64,000 bases of DNA. It comes from Octopus sinensis (Eukaryota). A model generated the notes under the pieces. That model was not told the origin of the DNA, did no database searches, and saw only the letters and a program-made list of their open reading frames with translations. The first letter of the stretch is position 1; each line of letters starts with the position of its first letter. Location: NCBI RefSeq assembly GCF_006345805.1, contig NC_043012.1, positions 20,894,001 to 20,958,000 on the forward strand, in the 5' to 3' direction. Shown piece after piece: positions 49,953 to 64,000 of the stretch. The position numbers and the translations under genes were made by a program.

Positions 49953-51798
49953 ACATGAATCATAACATTTAAAAACATTCAAAAGCCAACAGCTTGTGCC
50001 ACTTCATGATCCTATGACCATTGCTGGTCATAGAATGAATTTGTTAGGTTGGTAAAATTGTAGGAGAAAATACCCCGATGTCACGCGTGAGCAGTGGGGT
50101 AACGAAGTTTTATAGCAATGAAAGTGTTAAAAGGATGTGGTAGGGTATCCTTTTTTATTATTATCCATTTACTTTCATATACTTCTTTATTGTATACTTC
50201 TTTACTTATCTAATTTTTTTATATGACGGCTACACTAATTTCATAGTCTATCAACGCATCTTGCACTTACAGTCTCTCTTTTACGGCTTAAAGGGGGCTG
50301 TTAAATAAATATATAAATAAATGGATGACCTTTACGTTTTTACTTAGCTCATAAATCACTTACTGAATAGAAATAAAAGATAAAAGAAAGCAACTCTATT
50401 TTAATTGTAGGGATGAGATGCTTTACTATCTGATTCTCCTCTACCTAGCCTCTAACCTGAAGTGGACTGACACATTATCCGTCTGTTGATATATGTTGAT
50501 ATATGTATGTGTGTGTGTGAATGTGTGTATGTATATATATATATACATATAAATCGAAACAAAACAAAAAATGGAACAAGAACGTAACAGTCGACAACAA
50601 AACATCCGGACTGTTAGACGATACAAAAAATGCACATAAAAAAATAAGGACGGGTCATTTGGAACTTTCTATTTTCAGTCGAGTTCCAGATCGTCGTTGC
50701 AGTTTCGGCTGGTTACACTCGAGTCTACTCCAATCTGGCCGGCCCCAAGAAAATCTAAGCTAAGAGCACTTGACTCCTTGGAAGAAAGCAAGCGAATTTA
50801 TACGAAAACAATGGAGAAATAGTATGCAATTACAAATACAAACAACAGGACATTAACAACAAGTGTCTTTCGACTAAGGACCAAGTAAATTAAGCTGGCG
50901 TGTATGGAAGTGAAACCTTACAGCAGGGACATAAGAGATGAAGGTCATGGGAAGGAATATAAGAAATTTTAAACGGATGGTAGTCGAACCAAGAAAGCAA
51001 GGTCAGGTTTGGCGGAACACCGACGCACACACACACATACACAGTCACCCTCATAAGCACACGCACTCACACGCACACATATGTACATGCTTAGTGTTAA
51101 TTGTTGGAAAAAAGAAAATAAATTTTAGGGGTAATGATTAATAATATATTCAGTTGGAATCGAATCAGTCTTGTCTTGCTAATCTGAGTTTTGAGGACTT
51201 AGGATCTTCAGGCGGAAACCCTGAGTAGAAATCTCAGAGTAACATGTGAGAGACTCGACAAAAATAAAATATATTATATGTAATATGCAAATGTATGATC
51301 GAATTCGTTTTTTAAGTCTGTAAATATTTTAATATTTATTTAACTTCCATTAATAAATAAAGATGGCGTTGCGTTCTAAGTCCTATGACATCGTTGAATT
51401 TTCAACAGGAAACAACGCAACAATGAACAATCTAGCATCTACTCTGACAACCTATTTTACTAATGAATGGCTGAAACAATATTTAAATAGATACATAAAC
51501 AGATACAATTTCATATCATATATAAGGCGTCAGTTATACTGCTATGGGTAGCCGTGTGAAATAATTGTTTTGTTGATTTTTATCACGTTTTAACCTACGA
51601 TACATAAAATTCGTTTGATGTTTAATTGAAATTACAGTTAATACAAATAACAATTTTGTTCAAAGCTGCGGACACATCTTGTGTGTGTACGTCAGTGTGT
51701 GTGTGTGTGTGTGTGTGTGAGTGAGAGAGAGAGAGAGAGAGTGTGTGTGTGTGTGTGTCTGAGTGTGTCTGCGTGTATCTGTGTGCGTGTAATAAACT

Positions 51799-51851
<53 letters not shown>

Positions 51852-52019
51852 CACTTAATTCACTGGACTGCACCTATTGTCAGGCATCGCCCTAAAAAGT
51901 TTAGATGAAAAATTTGACCCCGGTCCTTGTCTTCTTTCTTTCTTTCTTTTTTTTTAACTCTATAGATGACTTGTGCTGAACTGCAATATTACAGGGATAT
52001 AAATCAAGCCATTACCGGT

Positions 52020-52430
52020 TGTTAAGCAGTCGGGAGACAACAAGAACGAGTCCAAACGTACATAGACACACAAACACACGCATATTTACAAGACGGGCTT
52101 CCCCTAAATCTTCGTTTACTGAATTCATTCACAAGTCATTTGTCGGGGCCAAGCCTACAGTAGAAACCTATTTCTTTATTACCCACAAGGGGCTAAACAC
52201 AGAGGGGACAAACAAGGACAGACATAGGTATTAAGTCGATTACATCGACCCCAGTGCGTAACTGGTATTTATCGACCCCGAAAGGATGAAAGGCAAAGTC
52301 GACCTCGGCGGAATTTGAACTCACAACGTAACGCAGACGAAATACCGCTAAGCATTTCGCCCGGCGTGCTAACGTTTCTGCCAGCTCGCCTACAGTAGAA
52401 ACCACTTGCCCAAATTACCACACGTCAGTA
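52020..52430 (-). mobile_element. Degraded SINE family B interrupted by a SINE family A insertion
   Basis: GAATTCATTCACAAG..GCCTACAGTAGAAACC [insert] ACTTGCCCAA. Confidence 0.65.
52169..52390 (-). mobile_element. SINE family A, tail type 1, with 13-16-bp TSD, nested in SINE B
   Basis: GCCTACAGTAGAAACC at 52153-52168 and 52388-52403. Confidence 0.93.
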
Positions 52431-52490
52431 ATCAATTGAAATCTAGTTGGCTCCAGAAAACAACAGGATTTGATACGTATTCTTTTAGTC

Positions 52491-52765
52491 TTTTCATTTA
52501 CTCCTTTCAATCATTTGACTACTGCCATGCTGGAGCACCGCTTTTAGTCGAAAAAGTCGACCCCAGGGCTTATTCTATCGGTCTCTTTTACCGAACCGGT
52601 AAGTTACAGGGACATATGCACACCAACATCGGTCGCCAAGCGATGGTGGGGGACAAATATAGGCACAGGAACGTATATATATATATATATATAAAATATT
52701 ATTTGAGACAAAACCACTATTTTGCAAAACAAACAAGGAAAGACTTAATCAATACATAAAATTTA

Positions 52766-52813
<48 letters not shown>

Positions 52814-52962
52814 GACAGCTTCTTTCAGTTTCCGTCTCATAAGGCTTTGGTCGGCTCTAGGCTATAGCAGAAGATACTTGCCCAAGGTGCCACACAGCGG
52901 AACTGAACTCGGAACCATGTGATTGGGAAGCAAGCTTCTCACCACACAGTTACGCCTGCGTC
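52491..52962 (-). mobile_element. SINE family B
   Basis: Head, core and tail as for 15056. Confidence 0.85.
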
Positions 52963-53154
52963 TATATATATACGGATTAGTTAATTCTTTCTTTGGGAAT
53001 GGGCAAACGACGTGGCTGAGGTAGTCACCTGTGACAAGACACTAATTAAGTACGAATGTCAAGGCTGTTTCGCGTTTACTCTTTATACTTTGTTTATTTT
53101 CAATCCACGAAGAAATAGGTAAATTTGGCGTCTGTCTGCGACGGAATTTACATA

Positions 53155-53520
53155 TATAATGTCTTCTGGTTAAGGAACTCGCTTTGCAACAACGTGGTTT
53201 CGGGTTCAGTACCACAACGTGGAACCATTGGCAAGTATCTTCTCCTATAACCCCGGGTCGACCAATGCCTTGTGAGTGAATTTCGTAGTCGAAAGGTATG
53301 TGTGTGTGTGTATGCGCGCATGTGTATTACTCACCACCACTTGACAACCGATGTTGTGTTGTTTCCATCCCCGTAATTCAAACGTTCGCTAAAAGTGACT
53401 GATAGAATAAGTATCAAACTTACGAATGAGTACTAAGATTGGTTGATTCAACCAAAGCCTTAAAGCTAATGCCCAAGCATGGCCGCAGCCTTATACCTGA
53501 AACAAGTAAAACATAAAAGA
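53155..53520 (+). mobile_element. SINE family B, diverged
   Basis: GGTTTCGGGTTCAGTACC..GGCAAGTATCTTCT..GCATGGCCGCAG..CTGAAACAAGTAAAA. Confidence 0.75.
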
Positions 53521-53531
53521 TGTGTCTGTGC

Positions 53532-53618
<87 letters not shown>

Positions 53619-54490
53619 TTTATTAAAAAGCAGCAAAATTATTACAAATCTTTTATTCAATGTTTCACGTTCCCGATCATCGGGGAAACGCGAAACTCTG
53701 AGTAACAGTTTTTGTGATATGTTTGCTGATTTTTAATAAAGTATATTTCTCTAACTCTGGTATTCGAGTACTAATTTTTCGACCTTGATTTGCATTTTAT
53801 GTGCTTACTCTGGTATACACATACACACAGAAACATTTATATCTAATAACATTTGATTAAAAATGACTCGTGTCGCTGCCAAAATTCTATCTTTAAATAG
53901 CGTTATAAAAACCTTAAATAGCCAAATAAATACTTAAGATTATTTGTTTCATACAAACATAAACGTATGACTTGGCATCGGTGAACAGATAGATTAAAGA
54001 TACGCTGCAGATCGTTGTCGTGAAGGCAAACAGAGAGAACACAGAGACAAGTGGTTGTTCAACCCACGCCAGTGTTATTACAGTTTGAAGTAGAATCAGG
54101 CGACCAGATGAAGCGCCGTAAAACGTGAAATTCTTCTGCACAATGTGTAATTTTTTACATTAAAACCTACTCAACTCCCATAATCTAACCATAAAACATG
54201 TTTTTTTTTATTTCATTTTAATTGCTAATTTTTCATTTTAAATTTAAATATTAATTTTAGAAATTATTTTAAATGTTGGTTTAAAACTTACTTTAAATTT
54301 CAAATTTATTTTCAAGCTAAAATATACTGCTTTAATATTAGAATCTGAAGATTCAGTATATATGCGTGTGCGTGTTAGTGTATGTATGTGTTTATGTGTG
54401 CTTGCGTTTGTGCGTGTGTATGTATCTATGTGTGTGAGTATGTGTGTATGAGTCTTTGCATTTGTGTGACAGCGGATGTGAGTTACGACG

Positions 54491-54722
54491 ACGGCGGCGA
54501 GCTGGCAGAAACGTTAGCACGCTGGGCGAAATGCTTAGCAGTATTCGTCTGCCGTTACGTTGTGAGTTCAAATTCCGCCGAGGTCGACTTTGCCTTTCAT
54601 CCTTTCGGGGTCGATAAATTAAGTACCAGTTACGCACTGGGGTCGATGTAATCGACTTAATACCCATGTCTGTCCTTGTTTGCCCCCTCTATGTTTAGCC
54701 CTTTGTGGGTAATAAAGAAATG
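54491..54722 (+). mobile_element. SINE family A, tail type 1, with 15-bp TSD
   Basis: GGATGTGAGTTACGA at 54474-54488 and 54723-54737. Confidence 0.93.
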
Positions 54723-56804
54723 GGATGTGAGTTACGATGTAAATGGATGACAGCTTTTGTGTATGTATGTGTGAAAGTTTAAAACATGATGAATCGACGT
54801 CTGTGTGAAGTCCATGGCGGGGAAAATATCTGCAATTCCTACAAGCCTCGTGTTAAAGCCTTTCTGCAAGAAAAACCATAAACACAGTCCGTTTCAGATA
54901 TGACTTTTGAGGAGCTCGTTAGATGGTTACTTGCAGGCTAAATATGACTAGATATTTGAGGTGAAGCTGTACATGTAGCAGATTGAATTGATACAGGCAC
55001 TGAAGAAACGAATGAAGTCACCAAAAGGATTTGAACGCAGAAGTCAGAAGGATGAAAAGTAAAGACAGAGCAGCGTATTGCTGTGTAGCAGTGGAAATTC
55101 AATTTAGAAACAAAAACATATTGATTAGATTTTTCAAATATATGTGATTATTTTTCATATCATTACCAATTCATAGAATTAGAAAACAAACCAAATTTAA
55201 TATTCCAATGTAGAAATTTTATTTCCTTCTTTATTTTGGTTTTGCACTTAGAAACTAACCATTAAACATCAATTCTGTTGCTTCTATTTACAAATATATA
55301 ATTAAAACTTAATTGTAAATTCTGCCTCCGTTTATGCGTGTCTATTTAAACGGATGCCATTAAGTTATGTTAACTGATTTCGTGTTGGGCCTACCATAAA
55401 TATCATTTTATAACTCATGGAAAAAACTTGTTTACAAGAAGATTTCTTTTATGAAATCACGTATCACTTGGAATTCATTCACGAATTACTTAAATGTTTG
55501 TCCGTTAAAAAAAAAAAGCAGCACAATAACAAATAAGACACACACACACACAGATAGTCAAGCTCAAACACATTGAGACTTATGTATTTTTTTTGCGTGT
55601 GTGTGAATTTTATGCAAATGAGAACACACAAAATTAGATACTATATAAATAATACACTTATGTATATCTACGTGTATTTTATATATATATATTTGAACGT
55701 ATGTATGTCTGCATATATGTGTATGAGAGTGTGTGTGTCGGTGTGTGTATGTATTCTTTTCCAGTTCTTCCTATGGTAATCATTTTATTGATTTCTATTT
55801 ATTGAATGACTTAGATCGCCTATTGAGTTACAGCTCGTTAGATGGTTACTTGCAGACTAAATATGACAAGAAATTTACTCCTAGCTACGCCTGTATGACA
55901 TTCACACGCACACGTACTCACACATATGCGCACACATATAAGGGAATATGGGTTGGGCATATAAATGTTGTGTGTGTGTGTGTGTGTGCGTGTGTATGTG
56001 TGTGTGTGTGTGTGAGTTTCTGTTTTACAATATCGATTACTCGTGGCTTGTATAAAGCTTGTGATTATGAATAGTTGTTGTGCTCATTGCTTCCTGTCAA
56101 ACAGTAACATCATATAGAAGTGGAAACGGAATTGCGTCAACGGAGATATGATATCGTTCGCTTATTCATCTCTTTGGCAACAACGATTTCCTCTTACTGG
56201 ACAAATATCCTGCATGAACCTAAGCATAGATTCGTTTTATTTATCTTTTACCTGATTCGGTAATTGAACTGCGCTCCTCACGTGGCACCACATTGAAGAG
56301 AGTTAATCGAACAAATTGACCACATCACTTATATACATTTAAGTCTGGTACTTTTTTTCCATCGGTTTCTCTTGCCGAACCGCTATTGTTACAGGGATGT
56401 AAACATACCGACACCGGTTGTGACGCAGTTGGAGTGGGGCTGACACCAACAACGCTCCAAACCGCTCATCTTGGGTTGAAAAAAATTTGTGTGGCTTATA
56501 TTTTTCTGTCGCTTTTTCTCTCTTTTGCTCCTCTTGCCTATCTCACCAACTTACCCCTCAGTAATTTTCTGTCTCTCTGCCGTCAAACCAATCTTTCTCT
56601 CCTACCACGTGACCTGTGACTGTTCCCATATCTCTCTTCCACTTCCTTTCTCGCCTGACCGCTGTCTAGTTCTGTCACGTTTCTCTCGCTTACTTATATA
56701 CTTTCAACATGGTCTACTGTTTTTTTTTTTCACTGTTCATTTTTTACACCTTTCGTTCTGTTTTTAAATTTTTACGATTTCTCGTCTCCAGTCCTATTGG
56801 ACAT

Positions 56805-56867
<63 letters not shown>

Positions 56868-57065
56868 CGTCAGTAATAAAAACTAGCGATTTAAGACGAT
56901 TATGGTCCTTGTTAGTGTATAGGTTTTCATTCATGTGCGTTAACTACAGAACTAGAGGTATTTTGTTCTTATTTCTAGCAGTGTAGGTGTTTCCGAAACC
57001 CTAGTCACATTTAGTGACATTTGTAATTCTTCTTCTTGGTGAAACACTGCAAACTGCTGTTTATA

Positions 57066-57126
<61 letters not shown>

Positions 57127-57214
57127 GGGAAAGTTTACGAAAATAAACAAAAGACGAAGGCAGGTGGAGTACAAACAAACAAATGTATTAGTATAGCGCT
57201 CAGGAATAGAAAAA

Positions 57215-57256
57215 GTATTTTACGTTTCGAGCCTACGCTCTTCGACAGAAAGATAC
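57215..57256 (-). ncRNA. Minimal type I hammerhead-like motif (A6U core variant) inside a ~160-bp TA-flanked unit (57135-57295)
   Basis: Minus RNA: GUAUCUUU CUGUCGA A GAGC-GUAG-GCUC GAAAC GUA AAAUAC. Stem III is the loopless ACGU palindrome. Confidence 0.45.
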
Positions 57257-59949
57257 ACAGAAAAAAACAAGGAGAGAAACAAGGAGAGAAATATATATTT
57301 TTTTTTTTTCTCTCCTTATGTATATATATGCCCGTTTCTATGTGCGTATTTATATATACGAATTCGTATATTTGTATACACAACTGATTTTTCCGTTTCC
57401 TAAATTTCGCTTGCATGTCATTGGTCAAACCGAAGATATCTCTTCAATGATTTGCACATTGGATCGAACCCTGAGTCACATGACTATGAAGTACATTTTT
57501 TTTAATCATGTGGACAAATACCTAATGTCAGAAGAGTTTGTGCGCGAACTAAACGGTTTACTCTATGTAGTTCTCATCGATCTCCCTTTTTGAAAGACAA
57601 TTGATATCAATATTTCATTCATTTTTTTTCCCTCACATAATTACAAAATGAGGACTAATGCCTATTAAGACACGTCTGATACATCAAATATTTTCTTCTT
57701 TTTTTATGGTACAATATGACTTTTGGGGTCGAAATTACTCGACGAAATTGATTAAAATCAGCTAAATCCAATAATTAATTATATTGACTATATCCATCCT
57801 CAAGGAAAATTTGCCTTGATCGAATAGTAAAGAAGAATTATAATAGTCTAGATTAAAGGGAGAGTTATATTTGTAGTTTAATAAGTTCGAAAATTTCGAT
57901 CAGATGTGTTTTACTCATTCAATTAGTAAACAAATTCTACCTGGACAACTGTTTAAATTTGTAAAGTATCATGCGAGGTACATAACTGCAATAACATCTA
58001 CCACACTGAACTGATCAACGTATAATTTTATACACAAAACATAAAATGGTAAATACGATTCCATCGGAATTTAGATTATATAAAGTAAGTAAATCTTGTG
58101 AGGTATTTTGTTCTATCAACCCTTCTCGCCTACCTCTCTTTTATGATTCATTAATGACCAACGTTTAGAAGGAGACAAGTTACTAGTAGAGAAATGCTGG
58201 CTTATGCCATTGCTCTGCCTGCGTAATAACTATCTTGTGGTTATGATATCGATATAAGAGAAACGAAATTCATAACATCGCATGGATGGCGATTATGCCT
58301 AAGCACGAAGTGTTGATGGTATCGTAATACATTATGACTAGTAAAATGATGGAAGCTTGTCATGGCTAGACATTATAAACCGATGTGATGAGGGACACAT
58401 TGGATAATGTAGTCCTAGGTACACAATGTATCAAAGGAAATTGTAACACTTATAGTTTGAATGCCTTTCATCATATTCCCTAGAACAGGAGCGGTTGCTC
58501 TGGAAACAAGCAACAACAACAATTAAAATAAAGCAAAAAAAAAAATAGAAGTGTGTATGTGATCACTCGACCAGTTAGAAATGGCAGCTTGATCTAACTT
58601 AGACCAAACACTGATTTGCTTATAAATAAATAAATAAATAAATAATGATACTTTCGATAATATAGTTATATATAAAATTTATGAATGAAGGGAAATGACA
58701 GAGGGGTTAGGCTGGAGAACACCTTCGATTATAGGATACCTTGATCAATAATGGCCGGGCTAAGCCACAAAAATTGTTGCAGTGAAAGAGCATATATGTA
58801 ATCACTCTATCTGCCAGAAATAGCAGCCAGATATTTCTCAAGTCACACTTTTTTTGTTTGGGTGTTTTTATGAATAATCGAATGACGCATTCGATTATAT
58901 AGTTTTAAAGCCAACTATGTGTGAAAAAAAATACATCACTGGGCATAACATTCTTTGATCAGGGCAGATATATAGCTAAAAAAAATAACAATAACAAAAA
59001 AATAACCAAAACAAAGAAGGTCAAAAGTAAATACTACACGGCAATTAGTCGTTCACTCGTCTGTTTCATCATTCTATGCTTCATGTGTGTTTGAAAAAAA
59101 AAACCTTGCAGTAGACTTTACTTTCCACAAATTATATTCGACAATTTATATTAGACTATTATTACATTAGACTGATTATATTAGACAATTTATGTCATAC
59201 TGGGAATTAAGATGGCAGTGTTCCAAATATTTGTTGGACAGAATGAAACTACTAAACATCATACTAGTACGTTCAAACAGTGAACCAACAAAGAAATATT
59301 CAATTAGATTGTATCAAGTAGGGAACCAGTATGTGATTGCTCCATCTGCAAGAAATAGCAGTCAAACCTTCAAATCTTCAAACCAGAGCGTTGCCTGCTT
59401 TGCCTTATGTCGAACCACGAGCCCTTGATGAAGTCAAAGTTATATGATGTGACTTGGTTACTTTTAGATTTAGGTGAGTCCATCTGTCTCCTGTTTACAT
59501 TAGCCGATTTCTTCGAGAAAGAGAGAGAGCAAGAGAGGGAGAGTGGGGAGAGAGAAATAAATAGAAAAAAAAAACGAAGTACTAATATTGGTATTTTATT
59601 TTATCAACTCCTGACCGATGAATAGAAAGTTTGTCCTTAGAGGGATTCTAACAGTCCTGATAATTGACTGCTTTGAAATCACTCCCTACCACCTTATTAA
59701 AGATAAAGAAGAATGAGACTTAGGAAACTGTTGTCATAGAAATATATTGTTTAATTAGAATGACTGGAAAAGAGTAATTTGAGTTAGAACTAACAACAGG
59801 TCTGGCCTGGAACTCGACAACAGCAGCGTTTTTTTTTTTTTTGGTTTTGTTTTTTTTTATATTTTTTCCTCTCTGATAATACTACGCAAAAATTTTGCAG
59901 AAGTAGTCAACGTAAAAGTGTAACAGCTAAATGGCAAGAGGGTAATTAA

Positions 59950-60300
59950 ATCGATCGGAATCGACTATTTTACTATTTCATTTAACAAAGACACCATCAA
60001 CACAAGGGCATAATTACTTAAAGCTCTACAAGGCGCACAAAACGAACAGAAACATTAAACACAGCACTAAACGTTTTACAGTTGTATTTTGGTCTCTCCC
60101 CAGTCGTTCCCTTTCAGATTTCAGATTTCCGTGACGAAGTCGACACTGATTTTCAAAGAAATCAAATTAGATCCCCTGAGTATTTACATCTCTGCTTCGA
60201 GTCCTAGGACACGCATGGCTAGTTGCTCGGTGTCCACGGAGTATATGCAACCGAAATTAGAACACACTCCCCCTGGAAGGGATGGCGTTTATTTGCAGGC
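59950..60300 (+). mobile_element. Degraded CR1/L2-like LINE 3' end
   Basis: TQGHNYLKL resembles TRGH.LKL; remnants of W..LP and FK..LD blocks. Confidence 0.4.
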
Positions 60301-60304
60301 TTAC

Positions 60305-60625
60305 TATACATGTGGTTTAGTAGTTAGGTTATTTGGGGTTGCTATCATAAGCTCATGCGTTTGATTAATAGTGGTGATTTGTGTCCTTGAGCAAGACACT
60401 TTATTTCACGTTCCTTGAGTTTACTCAGCTGGCAAGAAAGAGTTCTACCTGTAATCCAAACGGCCAGCCTTGTCCCATCCTGCCTCATGCTGAATCTCCT
60501 TGAGAACTACATAAAGGATACGTGTATTTGTGGAGTGCCCCGCCACTTGTACATCAATTTCACGAGATGGCAGCTCCGTTGATCGGATCAAATGGAACGC
60601 TGGTCGTCGTAACCGATAGAGTTGC
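60305..60625 (+). mobile_element. SINE family C, diverged
   Basis: GTGTCCTTGAGCAAGACACTTTATTTCACG core; tail GATCGGATCAAATGGAACGCTGGTCGTCGTAACCGA. Confidence 0.75.
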
Positions 60626-61136
60626 ATTGCACATTTTTTTTAAAAACTGAGTGGGCTGAAGCAACATGGAATGAACCGTTTTACTCACAGTGCAACGCCC
60701 GATCCGTTACGGTCCGGTAATCGAAATCATGAAATGGCGATGGTAAGTCCAATACCATAAGCGCTATGCCACGCACTCTCACACGCATTTTCGGAGGATA
60801 GATTTAATCATTGTTCATGTACCAGAGTCGGTTCCAAATTAGTAGTAACTGTGCGATGAGTAAGAGGAGAAGGAAGAGAGGGAAGAAGATGAAGACGATG
60901 AGGAGGAGAAAGATGAGAAGCAGGAAGAGAAGAATTGCAAAAATGATCTCTGTCATCAACATTTTTTAAATAGGCATGTTTTATGGACTTTAACTGTAAA
61001 AACTCCTCCAGACACGTCTCTGCTCTTTGTACATGTATTTCCTTAACATATAACGTTCGAGAAAGTTACAGATTTCACGCTTTTTCATTTCTGCTTCTAT
61101 CTATCTGTCTATCTATTTAACTAACTATATATATAT

Positions 61137-61182
<46 letters not shown>

Positions 61183-61358
61183 TGTGTGTGTGTGGTGTGT
61201 AAAGTGTCTACCATTTGATTCAGCGATTCCACTAGACATTTTCGAATCCTAATTAAAACGACTTCATACAATTTTGCTTCCTCTTTTAGGAAAAAAATAC
61301 CTTTTTTTGAAAGGCGTTATCTCTTAACCTCATCTTTTTAAATAATGAGTTTCTTATT

Positions 61359-61369
<11 letters not shown>

Positions 61370-61451
<82 letters not shown>

Positions 61452-62202
61452 TAATAATAATATAATAATAATAATAATAATAATAATAAAAGATCATTAC
61501 TGAAACCGTCATCACGTGTACTTAATAACTTTGAGACTTAAATTCGAGAAACGCTATCGACGACTATAACGACAACGAGTATGAAGACGATAATGGAGGT
61601 AGTAGTGGTGATCATGATGATGTTGACGATGCAGTTAATGATGGTGGTGATCATAATGATTATGATGAGGAGGAAGAGGAAGAGGGGGAGAAGGAGGAAC
61701 GGGAAGAGAGGTTATGCTGATGCTGATGTCGATGAGGAGGAGGTTGAGGAGGAGAAGGAGGACTATAACACTGATGCTGTCAACGTTGACGATTGATGAA
61801 ACAAGGGTTTGTGTGACACTAGAAGATCAAATAATAAAGATGAGAGGCATGATGAAAAAGAGAAAGTGAAAGTAGAAAATAATAGCTACATAACAACGGC
61901 AAAGGAAGCGAGAATCATATTAAAGCCGGCGGTAGAAATGAAAGATAAACAGAGAGACAGACAGACAGGCAGACAGACTGAGAGGCAGTCAGAGAGACAG
62001 ACAGACACACAGACAGAGAAAGATTCAGAGAAACAGAGCGAGAAAGAGAGAGAGACAGAGAAAGAGAAAGAAAAAGTAAGTGAGAGACAAGGAAACAGAA
62101 AGAGAGAGAGAGAAAGACAGAGAGAAAGAGAGACAGAGACAGACAGACAGAGATACTCAGAAAGACAGACAGAGAAAGATAGAGTGAGAACGAGATGGCG
62201 AG

Positions 62203-62268
<66 letters not shown>

Positions 62269-62290
62269 GCAGGTAGATAAATAGATAGAC

Positions 62291-62336
<46 letters not shown>

Positions 62337-62350
62337 CTAGATAGATAGAT
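61370..62350. repeat. (AAT)n, (GAT/GAG)n, (AGAC)n and (AGAT)n low-complexity block
   Basis: Direct reading; source of the ORFs at 61581, 61809 and 61886. Confidence 0.9.
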
Positions 62351-63962
62351 AAGGAGTAATGATTTACTAAAGAATTCGCTGAAAAAATAGATATGACACT
62401 TGTATAAAGAAGTCAAAAGAGGGAGGCGGTAGGAAAGAGGGAGAAGGAAACTGTAAGAAAGATAGGAAATAAAGAGGGGAGAGATATTCAATGAAATAGT
62501 GTTTAAATATTTGAAGATATTGTATTGTGAACGATACTTTTCGATCTTACTTGAGGTGAAGGTTGTATAATCGAATTGTGTGTTGTGTGTCTTCTCTAGT
62601 GCGTCGCGTGTATGTATGTCCTTGTATACGTGTCCATTTGTGTGCATGCGTGATGCCTATGTATATGTGTATGCGTGTTTTTGTGTGTATGCATGCATTT
62701 ATGTATGTATGTATGTATGTATGTATGTATGTTGTATGTATGTATGTATGTATGTATGTATGTGTCTATGTGTGGGTGTGTGTGTATGTGGTGAGTGTGT
62801 ACATCAAAACCTAACTTCAAGGAAATACTTACCGGAAGATATAAAATTTTATTAGTGTTTCAGTTATTACAAGCTCTGCTTGTGTCTGAAGTTTAACTTT
62901 GATGTTATTTCTATAGAGGCACACCGTTTAATCAGGACGACCTTAGCTGTCATCGATTATAAATTGATTGCCGGGGATTACTTTCAATAAATGGAGGGTT
63001 TAAGAATATTTTTCTGCGATGTTGTGTACAATGTGCCAATTTCCTTACGGCCTCTCTTCGGGATGGGATTTTGGAAAAGCTTCTAGAAACACCTGAACTT
63101 TAGTGCGAGTTAGAAATGACAGAAAATTGGTTTTGCATTCGATAGCCAATTTGTGCTTGATGGTTACGATATCAAATATGTATGACATCAGACAAAGAAT
63201 TTCAAATATACATCAAATATTTCAATTGTTATTGTTAAAATAACCTGTCAGCAATATTTATTGATTAGAGTATCGATCATGAGACAAGAAGCATTTGCAA
63301 TTTTACTACTGTGACCGTAACAATTGATTTAAGTATTATCGACATATTAAGTTCTTCATTGATACATTTCATACTTGAACACATTGATTTCCAAACTATT
63401 ATTCTGTCTAATAGAATTATATACCTTCGTATGTTTCAGTCGTAAAGAATAAGAAACTGATTAACTTGTATTCTCTGGAAAGAAAAAGTAATTAAGATAT
63501 ATAGATTTCAAAGTATAATTATGCAATTTTGTTCCAGAAAGATTCCTGGTGAGTATTAGAATAGCTAATATTATCTCTTTTCCTTTGAAAATCAATCTTT
63601 TTTTTTCAGATCTCTTAAATTAGAATTAATAATATTCCTATTATATTCTTTTAGTTTCGTTATTTGACTCTGGTCATGCGAAGACACGGTTTTCAAGCGT
63701 ATAGTCAATAATTTCCACTCCAGTATGTAACAGGTATTCATTTGATGGACTTTAGAAATACAAAAAATACATGGAGCTGAGAGAAGATTGAATTCACAAC
63801 ATAAAGTATGATCTAAACATGTTAGAAGACACTTCGACCGATGATCTATCGACTCTCTGATTTGTAATTTGTCACACGACTGTAATTTCCTCTGATGTAT
63901 TTCTGCCCAAGCTTTTGTTTTAAGAAGGTATTCAGTGTAAGAATGTTGTTTCATTTTCTTAC

Positions 63963-64000
63963 CTGATTGCTGTTCATATATCTCAATTCATGCGTTTCAT
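63963..64000 (-). CDS. Possible 3' end of an exon cut by the window edge (..ETHELRYMNSNQ, phase 0)
   Basis: CAG|GTAAGA donor at 63962 and one open frame; the acceptor is not visible. Confidence 0.18.

Noticed and set aside
50540-51020. GTTTCGG-containing segment as another ribozyme unit
   Set aside because: No CUGANGA-like box on either strand; probably an unclassified repeat I cannot delimit.
63592-63954. 120-aa minus-strand ORF
   Set aside because: No recognisable motif, AT-rich composition, and it begins just after a donor-like site, so it is probably intronic.

Overview
AT-rich, microsatellite-dense eukaryotic DNA, intergenic or intronic. The repeat content suggests an octopod cephalopod (inference from recalled repeat families, not from a search). 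I cannot support any complete host gene; almost all listed ORFs are microsatellite read-throughs or retroelement fragments. The window holds: (i) two recently active families of R4/Dong-type REL-endonuclease LINEs, always embedded in (AAT)n, with a stacked hotspot at 28.4-33.7 kb that includes a ~1.09 kb tandem duplication; (ii) two Tx1/L1-like fragments, one with an apparently canonical spliceosomal intron in its 5' UTR; (iii) a Penelope-like GIY-YIG fragment with inverted termini, several long fold-back palindromes and three hammerhead-ribozyme-like motifs; (iv) a Tc1 DD34E relic, a DD37D relic and Helentron-type non-autonomous elements; (v) about 30 tRNA-derived SINE copies in three families, including head-to-tail arrays, nested insertions and clear TSDs. 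The best leads are the intron-bearing Tx1 5' UTR, the hammerhead/fold-back Penelope-derived set, and the AAT-targeted Dong hotspot with its templated chimeric junction.
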